A stretch of DNA of 64,000 nucleotides from Verrucomicrobiota bacterium (GTDB lineage Bacteria; Verrucomicrobiota; Verrucomicrobiia; Opitutales; Cerasicoccaceae). The stretch lies in the NCBI GenBank assembly GCA_039818205.1, contig JBCBUK010000002.1, positions 96,001 to 160,000 on the forward strand. Direction: 5' to 3'. Positions within the stretch are counted from its first letter, which is position 1; the number at the start of each line of letters is the position of its first letter. The translations under genes were made by a program, and so were the position numbers. Positions 48,772 through 58,496 of this stretch are shown piece by piece. Below the pieces are notes generated by a model. It saw nothing but the letters and a program-made list of their open reading frames with translations, was not told the origin of the DNA and did not search any database.

Positions 48772-49182
48772 ATGGTCGAGATTACCGCAAAATATGACGG
48801 AGACCTTCGAACGACGGCAACACATGGCCCTTCCGGCAGGACCTTGATTACGGATGCGCCTGTTGATAATCATGGGAAGGGTGAATCCTTTTCTCCGACC
48901 GACCTTTGTGCTGCGGCTTTGGTATCGTGCATGGCGACTATTATGGGGATAAAGGCTCGAAGCTTGGGTGTCGATTTGGCTGGGATGTCGTTGCATGTGG
49001 AAAAACACATGTCTACCGACGCTCCACGGCGGATTATCCAGTTGCCGGTAACGATTCACGCTCCGGAGGCGATATCCGAAGAGAACCGCACCTCGCTTGA
49101 GCAAGCGGCGCTTTCGTGCCCCGTGTTCAAAAGTCTTGATCCCGAGATCGAGAAAACTCTGGTCATCTATTGGGACCAATAG
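48772..49182 (+). CDS. OsmC/YhfA family protein
   Basis: H.PSG..LITDAPVDNHGKGESFSPTDL..AAL.SC, CPV.KSL. Confidence 0.9.
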   Translation: MVEITAKYDGDLRTTATHGPSGRTLITDAPVDNHGKGESFSPTDLCAAALVSCMATIMGIKARSLGVDLAGMSLHVEKHMSTDAPRRIIQLPVTIHAPEAISEENRTSLEQAALSCPVFKSLDPEIEKTLVIYWDQ

Positions 49183-49191
49183 CACTGGCGG

Positions 49192-52107
49192 ATGGCTCGG
49201 GTCTTATTCTACAATGATGCTCGGCATGCCTGGCGGCAGACCGCCTTACCTTGGTTTCAGTTTTGGTCGCGCGAGGCTTGGACGCTGCCGCAGCCGATTG
49301 TTTTCCTTGCACCCGATAGTTCGACGATTGCCTGGATAAAGCGTCTCTTGGTAAAGGCGAAAGCACCCGTTGTCGGTGTGGAGTTTATGACGCCTGGTGT
49401 GCTTCGTGGGCACATGCGGGCGATACGCGGTGAAGCCAAGCCGCTTGCTTTGCGGGAGGATCTTCGTTTGTTGATGGAGCTTTCCGCGCTCGAGTTGCCG
49501 AGTAATCCGATAGCGCAATCGACCGCGCGCGATCCTGATGAGTTTCTTCGTCAGTGCGACCAGTTGGATAGTGCAGGATGGGATGCCGAGGCACTTGAGC
49601 TTCCCGAGGCTCGCGATCTTGCGCTGCATTATGAAAAGAAAATTTCGGGCGTTGGTCTGGAGACAATCGCGATGGCGGACCGCACTATCGCGCGGGGTAT
49701 GGATGGGGCGGTTCCACCGTTTGCGCAGATACTCGCTTTCGGGTTCGGATCCCGGCATGCGGAAAGTCTGAATCTTCTGCGCGCTCTACCTGGAGCGTCG
49801 ACTTCAGTGGTTTATTGCCTGGCAAACTCGGGCGACCGCGAAGAGTCTTTGCTTTGGCGATCGACGATGGAGGAGCTTGGCGATGTTGATGACATTCCAG
49901 AGGAGGTCGCTGATCTGCCCTTTGCTGATTGGGCTGCGGCTGCCAAGGATTTTCGCCATGAGCCCAGTTTGGAGGTTTCGCCAGAAGTATTGGTGGCAGG
50001 GAGTTGTTTTGCTGAGGCTGCAGCCGTGGTCCGGCAGATTCAGCACTGGCTTGATCAAGCGATTGCGCCAGATCGTATAGGCATCGTTTTTGCCCGCGGC
50101 GGATTGCCGATTGCGCGCGAGGTTACTCGGATGCTTTATGGTGCAAAAATCGCCCATCAGGATGAAATCGGTTTTCAGCCTGGTCGCAGCACGGCTCACC
50201 GATTGTTCGATGCTTGGGTCTCGTATCAGGAGAATGCGGATGCTGATTCAGCGCGCCGCCTGTTTCGTGAACTGCGTCGCAATGGCCACTTGAGCGACGA
50301 GGATGAGCGTGTTGTCCGGTCAGGTCTTGAGGCCGCGTTCTACGATGCGATGACGGCAGATCTCGCTGTGTTGCGCCCATTGATTTCCCGCCAGAGAAAT
50401 GGTGCCGCTGCATCGGAGCTGCTGGATCGGTGGCCGCTTCTGTCCGAGCGAGCCACCTTCGGCCAGTTTTGTGAATTGGTTTTGCCGGTGTTGGAGAGGA
50501 TTCGTTGGCCGGATCGGCTGGATGCTCTGGGGATTCGTAGTGAGGCGCTCGCGGTTGGCCTCGACGGGGATATCCCTCGTTCCGTATTCCTGCGTTGGCT
50601 CTCCGAGGTCTGCCGCATCCCTGGGAGAACGCGTGATTCGCTTGGTCGCGAGGCGTTCGCATCGGTCGTTTTGACGACGGTTGAACGTGCCGCTGGGCAG
50701 TCTTGGAGCCATCTCGCTTTTGTTGGATTGTGTCGTGGAGACTGGCCGCCAGACCGCAGTGACGGCATAGCTCTTGGGCCAGCTCGCTGCGCCGAACTCA
50801 ATCGAAGGAGTCAGGTGCCGAGCCGAGTGGGGCAGGGGCAACGCGTCCTGCGGCCAGAAAAAACCTGGTTAGCGTCGGTTGCTGATGAGCAGGCCCGCTT
50901 CAATGACGCGTGCTATTCCCTCTTGGGCTCGGTTCATGAATGCGTTTTTCTAAGTGCACACCTTGAAAAAGCTGATGATCCGGGCCGGGAGAATGACCTG
51001 GCAGACTGGTTGCTGCGACTCATTTTCGCAGTTCATGGGCGGTTGCCTGGAGAGAACGAGGTGCGGTCGGCTGCGAAGGTACATTTTTCGGAGGATCATG
51101 AAAAACCAATCAAAGTTCCTTATCCTAAATTGAATCGCGTATGGCGAGATCGGCGAAATCCTAATGAAGCATTTGGCGAGTATAACTTTGGGTTTTCCGA
51201 GTGTCTTGAGGAAGCAATTGCTTTGTCATGCAAAGCTTGGGAGGAGGCTGTCAGGCGTCCGGCGAATGCTTGGTATCGCTATATTTTGCACCTTGAGCCA
51301 AGTCGTGAATTTGGTCGAGTTGATGCGCGTTCTCGAGCGATTGGTGTCTGGGCGCATGACTGGGTCATGGTGCCGAGAGGTCGTGAAGCGTTCCTTGCCT
51401 GCCCCGATAGTGATTCCTGGGTGGAGCAGACTGAACGGCAAGCGCATCGTGTGCGACAGCAGGTAGGCGAGGCCTATGGTCTGGCGGGGCGTCAACTGCC
51501 TGATTGGTGGCTAATGGATTGGTCGCTCGCTCGTCGTTTCGCGCTCCAGTTCGTGGAGTCTGGTTCCGGCTTGGATTGGCCGAGTCATGCCGGCGAGTGG
51601 AGCTTGCCACGCCGTCCGATCAAAATTGCTGGTCATCCACTCGAAGGGCTCGTGTTGAGTGGGCGGATCGACCTGCTGCTGGCGGATGCCTCGGCACCAA
51701 CGATGAATGAGCTCCCTGGTGCCTTTTGGCCGCCGGAGGTTGGTGCCTGGGTTTTCGATTTCAAAACAGGCGGCGACAAGCCGCTTACCGTTAAGCAGCT
51801 GCAGAAAGGTGAAGGCCTGCAGTTGGCCTTGTATGCTTTGGCGCTCCACGCTATGGGTGCGGAGAAGGTTCAGGTCTCCGTTGTTCGCCCGGGGGATCAG
51901 GTGGAGGCACAAGTTAGCCTCGAGTCTTTGCTCATGCAAAATGAGCTGTGGGACGGCTTGCGGGCAATGGCCTACAGTGGGCGTTTTGGCTCCCGTGCCG
52001 GGGAATCATCGGACTACGCCTATACGGGCGAGTTTCCGATTGCGAATATCCCGATCAAGAAATCTATCTTGGATGCTCAGTGGAAGCTGACGCATCCCGC
52101 CCTATGA
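49192..52107 (+). CDS. AddB-like protein: inactivated helicase scaffold plus C-terminal PD-(D/E)XK nuclease
   Basis: E...V...I...L, G.W.H, LSGRIDLLL, VFDFKTG, LQLALYALAL. Confidence 0.8.
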   Translation: MARVLFYNDARHAWRQTALPWFQFWSREAWTLPQPIVFLAPDSSTIAWIKRLLVKAKAPVVGVEFMTPGVLRGHMRAIRGEAKPLALREDLRLLMELSALELPSNPIAQSTARDPDEFLRQCDQLDSAGWDAEALELPEARDLALHYEKKISGVGLETIAMADRTIARGMDGAVPPFAQILAFGFGSRHAESLNLLRALPGASTSVVYCLANSGDREESLLWRSTMEELGDVDDIPEEVADLPFADWAAAAKDFRHEPSLEVSPEVLVAGSCFAEAAAVVRQIQHWLDQAIAPDRIGIVFARGGLPIAREVTRMLYGAKIAHQDEIGFQPGRSTAHRLFDAWVSYQENADADSARRLFRELRRNGHLSDEDERVVRSGLEAAFYDAMTADLAVLRPLISRQRNGAAASELLDRWPLLSERATFGQFCELVLPVLERIRWPDRLDALGIRSEALAVGLDGDIPRSVFLRWLSEVCRIPGRTRDSLGREAFASVVLTTVERAAGQSWSHLAFVGLCRGDWPPDRSDGIALGPARCAELNRRSQVPSRVGQGQRVLRPEKTWLASVADEQARFNDACYSLLGSVHECVFLSAHLEKADDPGRENDLADWLLRLIFAVHGRLPGENEVRSAAKVHFSEDHEKPIKVPYPKLNRVWRDRRNPNEAFGEYNFGFSECLEEAIALSCKAWEEAVRRPANAWYRYILHLEPSREFGRVDARSRAIGVWAHDWVMVPRGREAFLACPDSDSWVEQTERQAHRVRQQVGEAYGLAGRQLPDWWLMDWSLARRFALQFVESGSGLDWPSHAGEWSLPRRPIKIAGHPLEGLVLSGRIDLLLADASAPTMNELPGAFWPPEVGAWVFDFKTGGDKPLTVKQLQKGEGLQLALYALALHAMGAEKVQVSVVRPGDQVEAQVSLESLLMQNELWDGLRAMAYSGRFGSRAGESSDYAYTGEFPIANIPIKKSILDAQWKLTHPAL

Positions 52108-52174
52108 CGGTCAACCGCCAGAGGTTCCTCGTGAATATCACCAGGGCTCTAGCGATTGACCGGTCCTTGAATAG

Positions 52175-52597
52175 TTAGGCAGTAGCTGGTTCGGCCGCGA
52201 CCAAGCCAGCAAGCTCTGGCTTCTCAGCTTGAAAGCGACCGTAAATATAGATTTCAACCTCTTCAGGCTTGAAGTCGTTCGGCAAACTCTCGGGCCGAAT
52301 CTTAAAGTCAAGCGCATCTGCGAGGCGCACTCGATTACTATCACGGCAGACAACAACAGCTCGTTGCGAATCGCGGGGTAGCATGTAACAAGTGCGGTGT
52401 CCGGGCACTTCAAGTGCCTCGATTTCATGGTTGTCTAGTAGTAAGCGAATGTTCCGATAGACGGTCGCTATGCCTAGACCAGGGACTTCGCTAGCAGCGA
52501 AGTCGCGTATTTCTTTGGGTGTCAGCGGATGGCGTGCCCGATTAAGGGCGGCCAGGATCGCTGCACGTTGTTTGGTATCCCGAAAACTCTTAGCCAT
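52175..52597 (-). CDS. Fur-family transcriptional regulator with degenerate metal sites
   Basis: TKQRAAIL...PLTP.EI...VPGLGIATVYRNI winged-helix; C-terminal IYG. Confidence 0.8.
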   Translation of the reverse strand: MAKSFRDTKQRAAILAALNRARHPLTPKEIRDFAASEVPGLGIATVYRNIRLLLDNHEIEALEVPGHRTCYMLPRDSQRAVVVCRDSNRVRLADALDFKIRPESLPNDFKPEEVEIYIYGRFQAEKPELAGLVAAEPATA

Positions 52598-52748
52598 ACC
52601 TTAAATTTGTATTTTACGGAACTGACCAAGAGCAAATTGATTTTAAGCAGTCAGCTACCGAAAACCCATACATAATTGGGGTTATTGCGAACGCCTAATC
52701 GATTTTGCACCAAGATTTAAGGGCTTGGTGCTAATTGGCATGGAAAAC

Positions 52749-53240
52749 TTACGAAAATGGGCGGCTAATACTATACCAGTTGATGATCCAAACTCCCGCC
52801 GATCGACGGGTTGCGAAGGTCGAGCCTCGCTCTAGGCACAAGAGGCCGGTCTTTTTGAAGTCGATGCAATCTGCGTTGGGGTCGCCGGTGATCAGCCACG
52901 CGGCAAGGATACTTAGGTGCGGATTGTGGCCGACAAACATTAGGTCGGAGTTGGCTTCTCTCAGCCACTCGCCCAGGAGCATCGGGTTGTCTTCAGGGGC
53001 GAGGCCCTCACGCTCGATCAATGGCTGCTCCAAGCCTAGGCCACTCCGGAAAAGCTGGGCAGTCTGTTTTGCTCGTACGAGTGTGCTGTGGTGGATGGAT
53101 TCTAGTTGGCTGAATTCCTTAGCCTTTAGGTGGCCACATAGTTTTTCGATCGAACGTTCGCCCTTTGGCGTTAGCTCGCGCTGTGAATCATTCGGGGCGT
53201 CGTAGGAGGCTTCCGCGTGCCGCAACAGATAGAGTCTCAT
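52749..53240 (-). CDS. sixA: phosphohistidine phosphatase SixA
   Basis: MRLYLLRHAEA, D..RELT..G, S.LVRA.QTA, VGHNP.L. Confidence 0.9.
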   Translation of the reverse strand: MRLYLLRHAEASYDAPNDSQRELTPKGERSIEKLCGHLKAKEFSQLESIHHSTLVRAKQTAQLFRSGLGLEQPLIEREGLAPEDNPMLLGEWLREANSDLMFVGHNPHLSILAAWLITGDPNADCIDFKKTGLLCLERGSTFATRRSAGVWIINWYSISRPFS

Positions 53241-53292
53241 GGCATTTTGATAGCGGCTTAGAATTTGTGGCACAAACCTTTACCGTGCAAAG

Positions 53293-53700
53293 TTACTCGT
53301 CTTCGTCGGTTGGGATTGCGTCGGTTTCGTTCGCGGGTAACTCGTGGGGGAGCACAACGTAGTAGGTCATTAACCATAGGCTCCAAGCATAGGGATAGAT
53401 GAGCGGCGGTACGACTAATGCGGTAGCGGCACAGAGAAAAGCCAGTGTGCTCGCGGAAATTATCTCGAGGAAGAAGAGCGTGAAGAAGAGCGGGAAGAAC
53501 CCGAACACCGTCAGGCCATAGTTCCAAACCATAGCGCCAAGAAAAAAGCCCTCGCTTCGGGCTAGCTTCATCGCGCATTGCGGGCAGCGATAGTGAAGTC
53601 GGAACCACGAGCGGAATATTGGTCGCGCCCCGCAATTTGGACATTGGCTACGCAATCCCCGCACCAGGATTTGAAGTCGGCTTACGGCTTCCGGCTGCAT
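53293..53700 (-). CDS. DUF983-like zinc-ribbon membrane protein
   Basis: RGLR.QCPNCG..PIF...F....CPQC, then two TM segments. Confidence 0.8.
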   Translation of the reverse strand: MQPEAVSRLQILVRGLRSQCPNCGARPIFRSWFRLHYRCPQCAMKLARSEGFFLGAMVWNYGLTVFGFFPLFFTLFFLEIISASTLAFLCAATALVVPPLIYPYAWSLWLMTYYVVLPHELPANETDAIPTDEDE

Positions 53701-53803
53701 GGGGAAACTATTGCGCTATTCGACAATTGATCAATCTAACTCCGTTATCCTGGGAGGGGGAGGGGGAGGCGCGTATTGCTGTAAGCGCTCCTGCCGGTTG
53801 ATA

Positions 53804-54682
53804 CTAGTTGATCCGTTGCTCCATGTAGCGCGCCAATTCGATCAGAACACGATTGTTCCCGCCGAGGCGCTCGAAGCGCGATATGGCCTCTTCAGTGTGT
53901 TCCTTGGCTTTGGCACGAGAGGTCTCGAGACCGTAGAGGGCTGGATAGGTCATCTTATTGTTCTCGGCGTCGGCGCCAACGGGTTTGCCCATGGTTTCGG
54001 CATCGGAGGTAGCATCCAAAATATCGTCGATGATTTGGAAGGCTAAGCCGACGTGTTTTCCGGCCTCGCGCATGATTGCAACATTCTCCGGAGTGGCGTC
54101 GGTTAGGCGATAGCCCATCGTCAAGCTCGTGGTGATCAATGCGCCGGTTTTATTCAGATGGATAAATTCGAGACGCTCTTCAGTCGGTTCGTCACGCTCG
54201 CCGAGAAGGTCTTCCATTTGGCCACCAATCAGTTTCTCGCTCCCAGCGGCGTCGCCCAGGTCGTGTACAAGGTCAATGGCCAGGGCTGGATCGTAGCGGT
54301 ATTTGTCGGCAAGGATCCACAGGGCGTAGGTCAACAATGCATCGCCCGCGAGGAGGGCGGTCTCCTCGTCGTATTTCTTGTGGCAGGTGGGGCGTCCGCG
54401 GCGTAGATCGCTGTCATCCATGCAAGGCAGGTCGTCATGGATCAGGCTGTAGGTGTGCAGGCACTCGATGGCCACACAGGCAGGCATTGGATCGTGGGGT
54501 GATTCAAATAGCTCGTTCGCGGCGAGGATCAAGCAGGGCCTCAGGCGCTTTCCTCCAGCATGCAGGCTGTAGCGCATGGCGTCATGTAAAACCGCTGGTC
54601 GGGTGTCGGCGGGAGGGGTGAGATCATTCAGCGCTTGCTCTACGCGCTCGCGGTAGTCCTTTATCGTTGCTTTGAAATCCAT
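53804..54682 (-). CDS. ispA: farnesyl/geranylgeranyl diphosphate synthase
   Basis: GGKRLRP, SLIHDDLPCMD...RRG, GGQMED, KTGAL, FQIIDDILD. Start could be 54703. Confidence 0.93.
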   Translation of the reverse strand: MDFKATIKDYRERVEQALNDLTPPADTRPAVLHDAMRYSLHAGGKRLRPCLILAANELFESPHDPMPACVAIECLHTYSLIHDDLPCMDDSDLRRGRPTCHKKYDEETALLAGDALLTYALWILADKYRYDPALAIDLVHDLGDAAGSEKLIGGQMEDLLGERDEPTEERLEFIHLNKTGALITTSLTMGYRLTDATPENVAIMREAGKHVGLAFQIIDDILDATSDAETMGKPVGADAENNKMTYPALYGLETSRAKAKEHTEEAISRFERLGGNNRVLIELARYMEQRIN

Positions 54683-54772
54683 TGGAGTGATGATCTTCTG
54701 CATATAAAGCGGCACGGTATGGCAAGCATTGAAAGAATAGGCGAGCGCATTTTTCAACAGGAGGGTGGTCTG

Positions 54773-55330
54773 ATGAGACTGCTGATCGGCGGAGCATTTT
54801 GCTTATCCGTGGTCGGTCTGCCACTCGCTTTCGGCTATTTGTTTGCGTATGCCTTCGCACTCAAGTCGGATCCCTTTGCTCCCTTGCCCCCTTGGGAACG
54901 GTGGACCCAGATGTTTATCGTTGGCCTTCATGCGTTGGCAGTTTTCTTGGCGTGGTTTGGAATTCCGTTCCTGGCAGCCTTGGTGTTGTCGGGAATTTTC
55001 GCGCTGGCTCCGGGAGGAGTGCTCGACATTTTTGCCTGGCTTGCGATCGGCGTTGCCGAGGTATTCGGGCTATGCCTTTTTGTTTCGGCGATGATCCACT
55101 ATCAGCGGATTCGTGAATGGCGTGCGCTCATTGAATTTGAGTCCATTTTTAAGCCACTGGAGCGCCATTGGAAGAAGCTTATTGTTCCGTGCCTGGCTTG
55201 GCTCGGCTTCATGACTCTCGGGCTTCCGCTCCTGCCGTTCACCTTTTTTCTTGGCATCACGGTGTTCCTTGCCTACGCGGTTCCTTTGCTTTCAAGACTG
55301 GACGCAATCGAAATGCAGAGTAACCCGTAA
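54773..55330 (+). CDS. DUF4013-like membrane protein
   Basis: LIGG....VVG...FGY...LP.W..W..MF..G pattern with multiple TM segments; start uncertain. Confidence 0.65.
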   Translation: MRLLIGGAFCLSVVGLPLAFGYLFAYAFALKSDPFAPLPPWERWTQMFIVGLHALAVFLAWFGIPFLAALVLSGIFALAPGGVLDIFAWLAIGVAEVFGLCLFVSAMIHYQRIREWRALIEFESIFKPLERHWKKLIVPCLAWLGFMTLGLPLLPFTFFLGITVFLAYAVPLLSRLDAIEMQSNP

Positions 55331-55339
55331 GATTAGACA

Positions 55340-55639
55340 ATGCCAACGTATGACTATTATTGTTCCGCGTGTGAGGCGGAATTTGAGTATTTTCAATCCA
55401 TGAAGGATGATCCGCTTACCAAGTGCCCGGAGTGCGAGAAATCGGGCAAGGTCAAGCGATTGATCAGTTCCGGCGCGGGCATCATTTTTAAAGGAAGCGG
55501 ATTCTACGAGACTGACTATAAGAGCAAGAGTGCTCCCAAGGGGGGCGAATCTGAAAAGTCGTCCTCCGGTGAGTCCACAAAATCCGAGAGTAAGCCTGCG
55601 AAAGATTCGTCAAAAAAGGCCTCTCCTTCAACGGATTAG
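55340..55639 (+). CDS. FmdB-family zinc-ribbon protein
   Basis: MPTYDYYCSAC...FE..QSM.D.PL..CPEC, FKGSGFYETDY, S/K-rich tail. Confidence 0.92.
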   Translation: MPTYDYYCSACEAEFEYFQSMKDDPLTKCPECEKSGKVKRLISSGAGIIFKGSGFYETDYKSKSAPKGGESEKSSSGESTKSESKPAKDSSKKASPSTD

Positions 55640-55739
55640 ATAGCTCACTTCTGCATTGGCAATCCCCGGATTTCCCTCATAATTTGGTTCTTATCTAGTC
55701 GGCTCATTGTCGACATGTCTCATCTTCAAGCGTTCTATC

Positions 55740-56423
55740 ATGCCCAAAAAGAAGAAACAGAAGAAGGAATCAGAAGGAAATATGCTGGGTGCGGCCATTG
55801 TTGGAGTGGTGGTTGCCATTTTCGGTATGTTCCTCGGCATCGGAACTTTGGCATTGGAGGATGTTAAGGAAGTTCGGGATATGCCGGCTGAGGACAAGAT
55901 TACGCCCGACACCGTATATTACGTGATCGGCAAGGACAAGGGTAGTGCCTACAAGGGAGACGAGCAGGCGTTTCTCGACGGAAAAGTCGGTATCATTCGG
56001 ATGACCGAAGAAGAGCTTAACGATTGGGCAGGTGACAACTTTAAATTTGGGCGCCCGAAGCCCGGCGAGGAGCAGGGTGGATTCATTACCTTGCGCCCCT
56101 CAACCCCCAATTTCCGAATCCAAGAGGGTGTCCTTCAGGTCGGGATGAGTGTTGAGGTGATCGCTTTCGGAAAAAATTACAAAGTTCGCTACCAAGCAAA
56201 GGGCAATCAATTCATCGACGATGGCCTTGGTTTTGTCTTTAAGCCAGATATTGCTTACCTGGGTTCAGCTCAGTTGCCCCCGGTTGTGGTTTCGGGGTCA
56301 TTGGCTGACATGTTGTTCCAGGTCTTTGAGCAGTCAGAGCAGTATGCTAAGTTCAACGAGGCTTGGCGCGGACTCTCGAATGTGGCAGTCGAGGGGAACG
56401 AGCTCGTGCTCGTCCGAGAGTAG
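55740..56423 (+). CDS. hypothetical single-TM protein
   Basis: Lys-rich N-terminus, one TM segment and a soluble domain. Confidence 0.7.
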   Translation: MPKKKKQKKESEGNMLGAAIVGVVVAIFGMFLGIGTLALEDVKEVRDMPAEDKITPDTVYYVIGKDKGSAYKGDEQAFLDGKVGIIRMTEEELNDWAGDNFKFGRPKPGEEQGGFITLRPSTPNFRIQEGVLQVGMSVEVIAFGKNYKVRYQAKGNQFIDDGLGFVFKPDIAYLGSAQLPPVVVSGSLADMLFQVFEQSEQYAKFNEAWRGLSNVAVEGNELVLVRE

Positions 56424-56445
56424 TTTGTTCATCAATTCTTGGCTA

Positions 56446-57576
56446 ATGATTCGGCGGGCAAGTATTTTCCTCTCCATCTTGCTTTCCCTAGTCGGAATTC
56501 AGGCTGACGCCCAGCAGGTCGATGTCCTTGAGCGAACCAGCCGCGATGGGCTGTTTCAGGTTGTGGGAACGGATTTTGCCGGTCTGCAGACCGTTGGGGC
56601 AATGACCGATCAGATGGAGCGACTTGGTTTGACCTATTTTCCGGAAACTCGCGCGATTCCGGCCTCCATGCGGGTCACCTTGTTGTCGGACCCGAAATTT
56701 GAAGAACCCTATCGAATCAATCCGCAACCGAATGGGAACTATTTCGTGTACATTGCCTGGACCGGCGATACACGCTTCCGCGATGTCTGCCAAGCCCTTG
56801 CAAGCGTTTACATCCGCCGTGCGGCCGTTTGGCGCTATGGGCAGTCGGCTGGTCCGCAAGCACCTCATTGGCTCGAACTTGCCTTCGGCCAGCTGCTGGA
56901 ATCATCGATCCGTCCCGGATATGCAGATACGCAGAGGGAGAAGGCTCTAGTCCGCCCGCCCTTGGGTTTGGAAGAGCTTTTGACTGTCCGCGGCCCCTTT
57001 GGCCTGGAGCAGGAGAAAGTCGCCTTGAATGCGGTATGGCTCTTTCGCCTACTAGAAAATCGGATTTCCGATCGCACCCTGTTTCGAAAGGTCTTAGCGG
57101 CATTTCTGAAAAATCTAAACCCGGCATATATAATGGTGAAGGCATTCCCCGGTCGATTTGAGGACAGGGAGGAGATGGAGATGTGGTGGGCCGTGGGCTT
57201 CCAGTCGATGACGCGGAGCCGCGAGACGCCGTTCTTCAATATGGAGCAGTCGCGCGAGTTGATCCGCAGTTTGGCGATCGTGACGGCCGATGTCGGCGGC
57301 CAGGACCGGCGTATGGCTGGGTTGAGCCTGTGGGAGCTGCGGGATGTGCCAACGGTCGAGGTGGCAACCTTGCAGCGGCATCGTGAGGTTAAACTGGAGA
57401 TCCAGCGCGTCAACCCGGTGTATTATAACGCAATGCTCTCGCTTGGGTTGTTTTTTGAAACCGCATTGAATGCGGAGCAACAGCAAATCGTGAACGCACA
57501 GCACGATCGATTTCTTTCCGATTATCGCGACGCTCAAGAGCTCGAACTCGAAGTTAAGCGCCTACTTCGGTGGTAG
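56446..57576 (+). CDS. hypothetical secreted protein
   Basis: Signal-like MIRRASIFLSILLSLVGIQADA; 376-aa ORF. Confidence 0.7.
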   Translation: MIRRASIFLSILLSLVGIQADAQQVDVLERTSRDGLFQVVGTDFAGLQTVGAMTDQMERLGLTYFPETRAIPASMRVTLLSDPKFEEPYRINPQPNGNYFVYIAWTGDTRFRDVCQALASVYIRRAAVWRYGQSAGPQAPHWLELAFGQLLESSIRPGYADTQREKALVRPPLGLEELLTVRGPFGLEQEKVALNAVWLFRLLENRISDRTLFRKVLAAFLKNLNPAYIMVKAFPGRFEDREEMEMWWAVGFQSMTRSRETPFFNMEQSRELIRSLAIVTADVGGQDRRMAGLSLWELRDVPTVEVATLQRHREVKLEIQRVNPVYYNAMLSLGLFFETALNAEQQQIVNAQHDRFLSDYRDAQELELEVKRLLRW

Positions 57577-57615
57577 GGGCTGTCAGGATCTCGAATCCAA
57601 GGCGACAGAAGTATC

Positions 57616-58278
57616 ATGAGTAATAAACGTTTCCATATCCTCCAGGGCGGAAAAACGCTGTTCGCATTTGCGGCGCTCCTGCCCATGTTGTTGATTACCG
57701 CGTGCGCTGACGATAAACCAACCACCACCATGTCCGATAAGCCTAAAGCCACCACCGACATCAACCCTGAGAACCTTGAAACCGCAACTTTTGGGGCGGG
57801 CTGTTTCTGGTGCACGGAGGCCGTTATGGAGCGCCAAGAGGGGGTTTATGATGTGGTCTCTGGTTACATGGGAGGACACACGCTCAATCCCACTTATAAG
57901 GAAATTTGCACGGGGCAGACCGGGCATGCCGAGGTCATTCAGGTGAAGTTTGATCCGGCGATCATCTCATACGAAGAATTGCTCAGCGTCTTCTGGGCCA
58001 TGCACGATCCGACCACGCTGAATCGGCAGGGAGCCGACGTTGGCACACAGTATCGCTCGGCGATCTATTATTATAGTGATGAGCAGCTGGAGAAGGCCAA
58101 GAAGTCCAAAAGCCTTGCTCAAAAGCACTTTAATGACCCGATTGTGACTGAAATTACGCCCGCTGAGGAATTTTACGTCGCTGAAGTGACTCATCAGGAT
58201 TATTACAACGAGAATCGCAATGCCGGTTATTGCCGCTATGTGATCGCACCCAAGCTCAAGAAGCTCGGTTTAGAGTAG
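57616..58278 (+). CDS. msrA: peptide-methionine (S)-S-oxide reductase with a lipoprotein-type signal
   Basis: GAGCFWCTE, GY.GG, TGHAE, HDPT.LNRQG.DVG.QYRS, HQDYY; lipobox ITAC. Confidence 0.95.
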   Translation: MSNKRFHILQGGKTLFAFAALLPMLLITACADDKPTTTMSDKPKATTDINPENLETATFGAGCFWCTEAVMERQEGVYDVVSGYMGGHTLNPTYKEICTGQTGHAEVIQVKFDPAIISYEELLSVFWAMHDPTTLNRQGADVGTQYRSAIYYYSDEQLEKAKKSKSLAQKHFNDPIVTEITPAEEFYVAEVTHQDYYNENRNAGYCRYVIAPKLKKLGLE

Positions 58279-58439
58279 CCGATTTGTAAGAGAATTGTTT
58301 GTGGGCTCTGAAAAAACATTGCAAAAGCATTGCAAAAATAATGCAGACATTGCAATTCAAGAGCCCGCGGAAATGATGGTTATTTTTTTGAATGTTTATT
58401 TCGTTGTTTGTAAACGACTTGTGAAACTGGCATAACACA

Positions 58440-58455
58440 TGGCACCGGCTCTGCT
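58440..58455 (+). promoter_or_regulatory. sigma-54 (-24/-12) promoter upstream of the sigma-28 gene
   Basis: TGGCACCGGCTCTGCT has GG-N10-GC spacing and lies about 40 bp before the ATG. Confidence 0.75.
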
Positions 58456-58496
58456 ATAAGAATGGCATCACCTAATTTTTAACCGGAGCCGTAGCC

